Sequence record: SRR31156797_144
DNA length: 49,821 bases
Strand: one strand, 5' to 3'
Under the pieces are notes generated by a model. The model was not told the origin of the DNA, ran no database searches, and saw nothing but the letters and a program-made list of their open reading frames with translations. A program made the translations under genes and the position numbers. The first letter of the stretch is position 1; every line of letters begins with the position of its first letter. Below are positions 1 through 8,279 of the stretch, one piece after another.

Positions 1-402
1 TTTCATGATTCCACCATAAGAATCGGAATCACCATCATTGCCAATCACAAAACAGTTGGATAAAGAAGCAATTTGAAATTTGTTTCCAATACCTGACATA
101 GGACTTCCCTGCGGTACGATATATTTAAAATCTTTCAGTACTGCAAAGATTTCCTCTTCACTTAGTGGGTTTGGATAACGCTTTTCGATTCTTGCAATTT
201 CACTTGCAATTCTTCGGTGCATGTCATCTGGAGTCTTTTCATAAATATTTCCAAAAGAATCTTTCAATGCATATTTATTCAACCAAACACGTGCAGCTAG
301 CTCGTCTCCTTTGAAATATTCAAATGATGCCTTGAATGCGTCTTCAGGATTGAAAGTTTCTCTCATTTCCTTTTCTTTTTGCTTCGTCTCCTTTACTTCC
401 AT
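1..402 (-). CDS. nrdJ: Ribonucleotide reductase, class II (adenosylcobalamin-dependent) type, N-terminal 134 codons; runs off the window edge
   Basis: Manual translation from ATG at 402 (alternative ATG at 366): MEVKETKQKEKEMRETFNPEDAFKASFEYFKGDELAARVWLNKYALKD...YIVPQGSPMSGIGN...SLSNCFVIG...DSYGGIMK. The SNCFV motif carries the first active-site Cys of RNRs. Not in the ORF track because it is truncated. Confidence 0.88.
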   Translation of the reverse strand, partial: MEVKETKQKEKEMRETFNPEDAFKASFEYFKGDELAARVWLNKYALKDSFGNIYEKTPDDMHRRIASEIARIEKRYPNPLSEEEIFAVLKDFKYIVPQGSPMSGIGNKFQIASLSNCFVIGNDGDSDSYGGIMK

Positions 403-551
403 CAAGATTCTAAAATAAGTGGTTTTTACTAGGGGTTATGATTCTCTCTAAATCAACAAAATGACCGGTTCCACCCGGTCCATTTTTGTACTACGCAAGT
501 TACGCAAAGCACCTTGACTGCACAACAAGGAATGAAAATTAAATACAAAAG

Positions 552-560
552 TTATCCACA
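552..560 (+). promoter_or_regulatory. Perfect DnaA box TTATCCACA upstream of nrdJ
   Basis: Exact 9/9 match to the consensus DnaA box; degenerate boxes nearby at 567-575, 576-584 and 617-625. Confidence 0.55.
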
Positions 561-771
561 TATCATTGTTAATATTTTGACACACTGTAGATTAACTTTT
601 TAAAAAAATCAAAAAGTTGTCCAAAAGGAAAATTCCATATGTATTCTCAGATAATAAAATCCCTTGAATTAAACAAATCCCTTCACCACTAAAAAAGTGC
701 ATTTGGTAAAAATGAGAAAGCAAAATCGTGGCACCTACAGTAAATACTATAATCTTGAAAAGCTTAAAAAA

Positions 772-2001
772 TCAGACCTTAATTTCTGATAATATCTTCG
801 AGCTGGCACCTCTCATTTTATCTACATAGTTTTTAGATTCTTGACCCGAATTTTCTCTTTTTTTGACGTTTTCGAAGTAATCATCAAGTAAATTCCTCAA
901 CCCATCATACTTTTCATAACTATTTGAAGCGCCAATTTCAATCAAATCTTTTGCCTCTTGAAATTTGTGATAATTAGGACCGATAATTATAGGTAATCCA
1001 AAGGTTGCAGCCTCTAATGTATTGTGAATTCCTCGTCCGAATCCACCTCCAATATATGCAACAGTACCATACCTATATAAAGAAGATAATACCCCAATGC
1101 AATCAATCACCAAAACTTCGGCTTGATCAATTTCCTGCTTGCTCGCATCTGTATATCGAACCCAACTCTTATTTATTTTTGAAGTTATCGCATTAATATG
1201 CGATTCGTCAACCTCGTGAGCTGCAATAATATATTTGTAGTTGTTTTCCGATTCGTTAAGATATTGAATAATGTTATCTTCATCCTTTGGCCAGGTACTA
1301 CCCGCAATTAAAACCGGTCTGCCCTGGCTAAAATCCTCCACCTTAGCTAGTTTTTTTGATCCGGTTGCAATGGAATACACTCTATCAAATCTGGTATCAC
1401 CTGTTAAGGTCGTATTTGACATTCCGATCCTTTTTAAAAGTTCCAATGATTCCTGATTTTGAACAAATAGATGAGTGAAGGCTGACAACATTCTTCTGTG
1501 AAAACTTCCATAAGGCTTAAAGAATAATTGATCCGGACGAAAAATTGTAGAGAAAATATATGTAGGAACATTTCTCTTTTTAAGCTCCTTTAAATAATGA
1601 TGCCAAAACTCATATTTGATGAAAAATGCTAATTTAGGATTTACGATATCCATAAATTTTTTGGCATTTCCAGCAAAATCGGGAGGTAAATAAAAAATAA
1701 AATCAGCTCCCTCATAGTTCTTTCGAACTTCATAACCCGAAGGTGAAAAGAAGGTTAATAAGATTTTACATTCAGGATATTGCTCTTTATAACTTTCGAT
1801 AACCGGACGACCCTGTTCAAATTCCCCCAATGAGGCAGAATGAAACCAAACAATATTTTCTTCACCTGTAACTGCCTTTTCAAGTTTGTTAAACAAATTT
1901 TTTCTACCATCGACCCATTGCTTAGCTTTTGGGTTAAAATTAGCCGCAATTCTTACTAAAAGAACATACATTCGAACCGATAGATTGTATAAGAAAACCA
2001 T
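772..2001 (-). CDS. waaA: 3-deoxy-D-manno-octulosonic acid (Kdo) transferase
   Basis: WFHSASLGE, LLTFFSPSG, YLPPD, GDTRFD, AGSTW and AYIGGGF...HNTLEAA motifs of WaaA/KdtA. Confidence 0.95.
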   Translation of the reverse strand: MVFLYNLSVRMYVLLVRIAANFNPKAKQWVDGRKNLFNKLEKAVTGEENIVWFHSASLGEFEQGRPVIESYKEQYPECKILLTFFSPSGYEVRKNYEGADFIFYLPPDFAGNAKKFMDIVNPKLAFFIKYEFWHHYLKELKKRNVPTYIFSTIFRPDQLFFKPYGSFHRRMLSAFTHLFVQNQESLELLKRIGMSNTTLTGDTRFDRVYSIATGSKKLAKVEDFSQGRPVLIAGSTWPKDEDNIIQYLNESENNYKYIIAAHEVDESHINAITSKINKSWVRYTDASKQEIDQAEVLVIDCIGVLSSLYRYGTVAYIGGGFGRGIHNTLEAATFGLPIIIGPNYHKFQEAKDLIEIGASNSYEKYDGLRNLLDDYFENVKKRENSGQESKNYVDKMRGASSKILSEIKV

Positions 2002-2054
2002 AATTGAAAAAAAATTAATGTTTAACGGAAGAGCTTCGCTATCTTTATTCCTTG

Positions 2055-2062
2055 CAAAACTA
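2055..2062 (-). promoter_or_regulatory. Bacteroidota housekeeping -7 element (TAGTTTTG) for waaA, back-to-back with a TAATTTTA variant (2064-2071, +) for the divergent gene
   Basis: Match to TAnnTTTG in the divergent spacer. Confidence 0.55.
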
Positions 2063-2148
2063 ATAATTTTACAGCTTAGAATTCGTTTATAGAAGAGCGG
2101 ATTTCAATCTAGCATAGAATCTCTAAAAACCAAAGAATACTATTTCTG

Positions 2149-5100
2149 TTGAAACATTGCATTTTCTTCATATCACTAGTTCTATCCATTTCCAATTTGT
2201 TTGGTCAATCTCAAAACAACTTGAGAGAAAAGCAAATTCTTATGAATAAAGATACCACTCAATTGGATTCTTTAATGATACTTCCTTCAACAGTAAAAGT
2301 TCTATACAAAGGAGAAATTATAAATTCTGACTGGTACAAAATAGATCTAACCAATGGAAATTTTATTGCCGAGGCAAAACTAATAGCCTTAAACGATACC
2401 ATTCAGATCAAATATCGAATCTACTCTTACAATATTAGTAAACCACGATATACTCGAGATTTATCACAAATGAATCTATCTGGAGATGCTCGTCCGAGAG
2501 CATTTGCACTTTATAATAAGACCATTCAACGGGGCGTATTTTCCAGTAGTCAACTAGAAAAACAAGGCAATTACTCTAGGGGAATTTCATATGGCAACAA
2601 TCAGGATGTGGTGATGAATTCAAATCTTAATTTGCAATTATCAGGGAAACTAAGCAATGATGTGAATATTCTTGCTGCCATTTCGGATAGCAACATTCCC
2701 ATTCAGCCTGATGGAAACACTCAAACCATTCAGGATTTTGACAGAATTTATATTAAACTGTACGACGACACGAAAGAATTAACTTTAGGAGATTACGAAA
2801 TAGAATCACCAACAGGGAATTTCATGCAGTTTTACAAAAAGGTACAAGGCGGAAAATTTTCAGAATTACTCTCCAAAGGGAAAACTGGTAATAAATTTAA
2901 ATCAACTGTAAGTGCATCAATTGCCAAAGGAAAATACAACCGAATGGAAATTGAAGGAAATGAAGGTATTCAAGGTCCATATCGATTAACAGGAGCAAAC
3001 AATGAAACCTACATTGTAGTATTGGCAGGATCGGAAAAGGTATATGTAGATGGTAAAAAACTAACACGTGGTGAAAAATTCGATTATACAATTAATTACA
3101 ATACTGCAGAACTAAGTTTTACCACTAGTCAACCCATTACTAGTAACTCAAGAATTACCGTTGAATACGAATATTCAGAGGAAAATTATTCTCGCTATTT
3201 AATCTTTAATTCCAATGAATATTCCACAAAAAAAGGGAAGTTTTGGTTGAATATTTATCACGAACAAGATGGGAAAAATCAACCTGTCGATCAGACTTTA
3301 AGTGATGCAAACAAACTACTTCTAAGTCAGATTGGTGATAACCTGGAATTGGCAAAAGTGCCCAATGAGGAAGTTGTTGAATATTCGAATGACTTTGTAT
3401 TGTATAAAAAAATCAAAAAATCGGTATCGGATATAGAATATGATATTTACAAATATTCTACCAATGCAGACAGTGCCATTTACAGAGTAAATTTCTCTTA
3501 CGTAAGCAATAATGGTGGAAATTACGTGCAGGCAAATAGTGTAGCCAACGGTAGAGTTTTCCAATGGGTTGATCCTATAAATGGCATTCCACAAGGAGAT
3601 TATGCTCCTTTAGCTCAATTGATCAGTCCACAAAAGCAACAAATGTTTACTTTTGGCGGACATCAACGCATAGGGGAAAATTTGAATTCCAAGTTTGAAT
3701 TTGCATTAAGCAATCGAGATCTAAACACATTCTCATCCATAGATGATGGAGACAATCAAGGCATTGCTACCGATATTTCAATCTCTAAAAAAACGATTCT
3801 AAGAGATACAAGTAAGTTTCTACTCAGCGATTTCAATTTTCATTACATCAACAAAAATTTTGAACAGATTGAGAATTTTAGATCAATTGAATTCGAACGA
3901 GATTGGAATATTGATGAATCACTAAAGAAACAAAATAAAAACTATTATTCTGTAAATAATATTTTTACCAATAGTAAATGGGGAAACGCTGCTTACAATT
4001 TATCTCTATTGAAAAAGGGATCGGATTACACTGGATTAAAGCATTCTCTTAATCTGAATTACGATTATAAAAAGTACACAATACTTTTCACTGGAAATTC
4101 CTTATCTACCGATCAGAAAGAAACTGAAAGTAAATTTTACAGACACAAATTAAATGCAAATTATAAGTTAGGATTTGCAAAAATTGGAGTGGAAACTGAA
4201 AATGAAAACAATCAATTTGAAAATAAAGAAAACAAGATTTTACTTTCGAACAGTTTTGCCTTTCATTCCTATAAATTCTATATCAGCAATCAGGATTCTA
4301 CCGCCAATCAGTTCCAAGCCTATTATCGAAAAAGAAAAGATTTTCTATCAAGAGATAATAAATTGCAAGCCCAAAGCGAATCAGAAGATTTTGGAGGTGA
4401 AATTTGGCTAAAGAAAAACAGAAATAACCAATTAAAAATTGAAACGGTCTACCGAAGATTTTCAATAGTAGATGATTCCTATACTTCCGAAGAACCTGAA
4501 AATACATTTTTAGGAAAACTGAATCATCAGGCAAGAATAAAAAAAGGATTGCTACAAAGTTCTACCTATTATGAATTGGGTTCGGGTTTAGAGAGTGAAA
4601 AAGAATACTCGTATGTAGAAGTAAACGATGGACAAGGAGTATATCGCTGGACGGATTACAACAACAATAATATTAAAGAATTAAACGAGTTTGAAATTGC
4701 CAGCTTTAAAGATGAAGCCAATTACATTCGTGTTGCTACCAATACAAATAATTACGAAAAAGTATACACAAGTGAATTTCGCCAAACTTTTAACTTACGC
4801 TTAAAAAGGCTTCGTTCAAAATCAAAAATCGTGTCTTTTCTAGTGCGATTTAGCAATCGATTTGCCTATCGTATCTCGAAAAAAAGCTTAACGGACGATT
4901 TCGACATGTATGCAAATCCATTTCAATCACAATCCTCTGATGAAAATTTGATCACCATTAATTCAAGTTTTCAGAACACCTTATCGTACCGTAAACCAAA
5001 ATCCAAAACCAATTGGGATATCCTGCATGTTAGTAGCAAAGGAAAACAGTTGTTAACACAAGGATTTGAAAGAAGAAAGTACGTTCAAAATGGATTTCGG

Positions 5101-5598
5101 TTCAACTGGAGAATTGGGAATTCAAATCAATTGAGCAATCGTACTGATATGGGAAAAAAGAGCTTGTACAATGAAAATTTTGCTGATCAGGATTATGAAC
5201 TTGATGAGATAAAAAATGAATTGAAACTAAAATTTCAACTGACACTGGCTTTTCAATTCGGTTTAAATTATACTTTTAATCAGAAAAAAAACAATCTTGC
5301 TAGTGAAAAATCATCTACTCACAATGCTGGTGCAGATTGTCAATATTCTATCGTAAAAACAGGCAAACTACGTGCAAGTTTCAACTTCTTAAATGTAGAC
5401 TACAATGCAGATTCAAACAGTTCAATAGCTTATGAAATGCTAGAAGGTTTTTTACCTGGAAACAACTCAACCTGGAGCTTAGGATACAACCAACAGTTAT
5501 CAAAAGTATTTCAAATGAACATCTCTTACAATGGAAGACAAAGTGAAAGTAGCAAAGCCATTCATGTAGGAAGTATGGAAATAAGAGCCTACTTTTAA
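2149..5598 (+). CDS. Hypothetical 1149-aa outer-membrane beta-barrel protein (possible distant SprA relative)
   Basis: TTG start, N-terminal signal peptide, alternating amphipathic beta-strand pattern, C-terminal aromatic residue (MEIRAYF), DYNNNNIKELNEFE Ca-loop-like motif. Confidence 0.7.
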   Translation: MKHCIFFISLVLSISNLFGQSQNNLREKQILMNKDTTQLDSLMILPSTVKVLYKGEIINSDWYKIDLTNGNFIAEAKLIALNDTIQIKYRIYSYNISKPRYTRDLSQMNLSGDARPRAFALYNKTIQRGVFSSSQLEKQGNYSRGISYGNNQDVVMNSNLNLQLSGKLSNDVNILAAISDSNIPIQPDGNTQTIQDFDRIYIKLYDDTKELTLGDYEIESPTGNFMQFYKKVQGGKFSELLSKGKTGNKFKSTVSASIAKGKYNRMEIEGNEGIQGPYRLTGANNETYIVVLAGSEKVYVDGKKLTRGEKFDYTINYNTAELSFTTSQPITSNSRITVEYEYSEENYSRYLIFNSNEYSTKKGKFWLNIYHEQDGKNQPVDQTLSDANKLLLSQIGDNLELAKVPNEEVVEYSNDFVLYKKIKKSVSDIEYDIYKYSTNADSAIYRVNFSYVSNNGGNYVQANSVANGRVFQWVDPINGIPQGDYAPLAQLISPQKQQMFTFGGHQRIGENLNSKFEFALSNRDLNTFSSIDDGDNQGIATDISISKKTILRDTSKFLLSDFNFHYINKNFEQIENFRSIEFERDWNIDESLKKQNKNYYSVNNIFTNSKWGNAAYNLSLLKKGSDYTGLKHSLNLNYDYKKYTILFTGNSLSTDQKETESKFYRHKLNANYKLGFAKIGVETENENNQFENKENKILLSNSFAFHSYKFYISNQDSTANQFQAYYRKRKDFLSRDNKLQAQSESEDFGGEIWLKKNRNNQLKIETVYRRFSIVDDSYTSEEPENTFLGKLNHQARIKKGLLQSSTYYELGSGLESEKEYSYVEVNDGQGVYRWTDYNNNNIKELNEFEIASFKDEANYIRVATNTNNYEKVYTSEFRQTFNLRLKRLRSKSKIVSFLVRFSNRFAYRISKKSLTDDFDMYANPFQSQSSDENLITINSSFQNTLSYRKPKSKTNWDILHVSSKGKQLLTQGFERRKYVQNGFRFNWRIGNSNQLSNRTDMGKKSLYNENFADQDYELDEIKNELKLKFQLTLAFQFGLNYTFNQKKNNLASEKSSTHNAGADCQYSIVKTGKLRASFNFLNVDYNADSNSSIAYEMLEGFLPGNNSTWSLGYNQQLSKVFQMNISYNGRQSESSKAIHVGSMEIRAYF

Positions 5599-5695
5599 GA
5601 ATACATATTGGAACATACAACAATAATATAGGAGCATTACTAAACATTTCTCAGCTTAAAAATGTAAATTTAGCAGTTAGCTTAAAATTGAATAT

Positions 5696-6556
5696 ATGGC
5701 AGAACAGATAAAGATTGTGGTTACAGATTTAGATGGCACCTTATTACCTTCAATGGGTGAGGTTAGTAGCAAAAATTACAAATGCCTTGAAGACTTAAAG
5801 GAATCAAATATCACAAGGGTTATCGCAACAGGAAGAACACTTTATTCTGCCATGGCGGTTTTACCTGATGATTTTCCTATCGATTATTTAATTTTTTCCT
5901 CTGGTGCCGGAATCATGAATTGGGAAAGCAAGGAATTGATCTATTCTCAGCAAATTGAAGCAAACGAAGTACAGGAATTATCAAAAGTTCTTATTAATCA
6001 CAAAATTGATTTTATGATTTTGGATCCCATTCCAATGAATCATCAGTTTTGGTACTATCAAAGTGGCAATAAAAATTCTGATTTTGACAGAAGATTAAAC
6101 CTTTACAAGCAATTTGCAACTCCTGTAGGAAAAATAGAAGACACCAAACGAGATGCTTGTCAACTCTTGGCAATACTGCCCAATAAAGAAGATTGGTTTG
6201 AAGAGTTAAAAACCAAATTCAAGGATATTAAAATCATACGCGCCACTTCTCCTCTGGATCATGAATCGATTTGGATGGAGATTTTTCCTTTACACATTTC
6301 AAAAGGACATGGATGCGAATGGCTCTGCAAAAAACTAGGATTAAAATCTGAAAACTCTTTTGTTATAGGGAACGACTACAACGATATTGATTTATTGGAA
6401 TGGGGCAAACACAGCTATGTTGTCGATAATGCTCCAAAAGAACTAAAGGACAAATATAAAACTACTGAAAATGTAATTCGCGATGGATTTGCAATTGCCG
6501 TTGAAGAGACACTAAATGGTGTTACATCGCAGCCAACAACAAATCGATATCTTTAG
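5696..6556 (+). CDS. Cof-type HAD family (IIB) hydrolase
   Basis: Motif I DLDGT, motif II IATGR, motif III SKG, motif IV GNDYND. Confidence 0.9.
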   Translation: MAEQIKIVVTDLDGTLLPSMGEVSSKNYKCLEDLKESNITRVIATGRTLYSAMAVLPDDFPIDYLIFSSGAGIMNWESKELIYSQQIEANEVQELSKVLINHKIDFMILDPIPMNHQFWYYQSGNKNSDFDRRLNLYKQFATPVGKIEDTKRDACQLLAILPNKEDWFEELKTKFKDIKIIRATSPLDHESIWMEIFPLHISKGHGCEWLCKKLGLKSENSFVIGNDYNDIDLLEWGKHSYVVDNAPKELKDKYKTTENVIRDGFAIAVEETLNGVTSQPTTNRYL

Positions 6557-7745
6557 CCAGTATTCCAAAGGAATCACCCAATCGACGGTTGGTTAAAATT
6601 CCCCGATACACATAAGTTCCATGGCGCAAACCAATATCATTTTTAATGAATTGATGAACGCCACCATTATGCCCAATATTTAGCAATAAAGGAGAACAAA
6701 TATTACTTAATGCCAAAGATGCTGTTCTTGCTACGTGAGACGGAACATTCGGCACACAATAATGCAATACACCATGCTTTTTATAGATTGGATCCTTATG
6801 GTTGGTCAACATCGAAGTTTCAAAACAACCACCCTGATCAATACTCAAATCAATAATAATAGATCCTTGTTTCATAGACTGAACCATCTCTTCTGTCACC
6901 ATAAAATTCGCATGATCTCGCTCGTATCGCATTGCTCCAATTACCACGTCAGCCGAAGCCAAAGCTTTATGAAGTACATGAGGATGAAAAATAGACGTGA
7001 ATACTCTATGTCCTAAATGATCTTCCAATCTGCGGAGGCGATAAATGGAATCATCAAAAACCTTAACCATTGCACCTAAACCCAGTGCTGCTCGGGTGGC
7101 ATATTCAGCAGCCGTTCCAGCTCCCAAAATAATTACCTCGGTTGGTGTAATTCCGGTTATACCACCAAGCATTACACCTTTTCCACCATGTGCTTTACTT
7201 AGATATTCGCCAGCAATCATTACAGAGGATATTCCGGCAATTTCGGCCATTGATCGAACAACAGGAAAGAAATTATCTCTATCCTTTACCAATTCCAAAG
7301 CAATTGCAGTGACTTTCTTTTGCATTAATTTACGCACATTTTCACCACACTGACTCTTAATTTGTAAAGCCGAAAATAGAATCTGATTGCCTTTTAGCAT
7401 ATCAATTTCGTGACCTGAGAAAGGAGAAACCTGCATAACCACATCGCATTGATACACCTCTTTTTTCTCATTTACAATAATGGCTCCGTTTTCGCTATAT
7501 TCCTTATCGGTATAATTAGAAGCCAGACCAGCTCCTCGTTCCAACATCACTTCATGTCCGTTATTCACCAAAATCTCGACAGATTGAGGTGTTAAGCACA
7601 CACGATTTTCTCCCCTATAATCTTCACGGGGAATACCAATTGCCAATTGCTTACGTCGGCGTTCTAATTCCAACATTTCTTCTTTGGGTTGATAAAATTC
7701 GTGTCCCAACGGAAAATTCTTTGATCCTTCACTTAACGGCGCCAT
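6522..7745 (-). CDS. ald: Alanine dehydrogenase-like protein (AlaDH/PNT family)
   Basis: IGIPRE..ENRV.LTP, ERGAG, MAEIAG, IDLSIDQGGCFET, HYCVPNVP. ATG at 7745 preferred over TTG at 7751. Some catalytic residues deviate (see findings). Confidence 0.8.
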   Translation of the reverse strand: MAPLSEGSKNFPLGHEFYQPKEEMLELERRRKQLAIGIPREDYRGENRVCLTPQSVEILVNNGHEVMLERGAGLASNYTDKEYSENGAIIVNEKKEVYQCDVVMQVSPFSGHEIDMLKGNQILFSALQIKSQCGENVRKLMQKKVTAIALELVKDRDNFFPVVRSMAEIAGISSVMIAGEYLSKAHGGKGVMLGGITGITPTEVIILGAGTAAEYATRAALGLGAMVKVFDDSIYRLRRLEDHLGHRVFTSIFHPHVLHKALASADVVIGAMRYERDHANFMVTEEMVQSMKQGSIIIDLSIDQGGCFETSMLTNHKDPIYKKHGVLHYCVPNVPSHVARTASLALSNICSPLLLNIGHNGGVHQFIKNDIGLRHGTYVYRGILTNRRLGDSFGILAKDIDLLLAAM

Positions 7746-7841
7746 ATGCAAAATTGTAATATTAAAAAGGGATAATTACCTATACTTAGGCATTACAATT
7801 TAAGAAATTTTTGGCTTTTTTTCGCTTTTGATTTTGGCTAC

Positions 7842-8258
7842 CTACAGAATTTGAATTGAACGCGAGCCATCAGCTTCTTCTTTAAAATGTACTTCAACCG
7901 TATTATTGGGTAAAATTGAGTCAATTTTTTCCGGCCATTCAATAAAACACATTGCATTCGAATAGAAATAATCTTCATATCCAAAATCATAAGCTTCCTG
8001 AACATCATCAATTCTGTAAAAATCGAAATGATATATAATGTCCTCTTTAACTGTATGATATTCGTTTACGATTGCAAATGTAGGACTGTTAATGGTATCC
8101 TCAACACCCATTTCTTCGCATATTGCTTTTACAAAGGTCGTTTTACCTACCCCCATTGCGCCATGCATTGCAAAAATTCTTTTATCCCCAACTAATTTTA
8201 GGAATTCTCTTGCCACCGAGTTGATATCTTCAAGTGAATTGATTTTTAATTCGCTCAT
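7842..8258 (-). CDS. tsaE: t6A biosynthesis ATPase TsaE
   Basis: GAMGVGKTT P-loop, SPTFAIVNEY, HFDFYRI, IEWPE. Confidence 0.97.
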   Translation of the reverse strand: MSELKINSLEDINSVAREFLKLVGDKRIFAMHGAMGVGKTTFVKAICEEMGVEDTINSPTFAIVNEYHTVKEDIIYHFDFYRIDDVQEAYDFGYEDYFYSNAMCFIEWPEKIDSILPNNTVEVHFKEEADGSRSIQIL

Positions 8259-8279
8259 TTCTTAACAATGTATTGATAA

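Noticed and set aside
403-771. Cobalamin riboswitch or NrdR box upstream of nrdJ; also oriC
   Set aside because: No B12-box (GCCACTG...GGGAAG) or NrdR palindrome was recognised. One perfect DnaA box without a clear unwinding element is not enough to call oriC.
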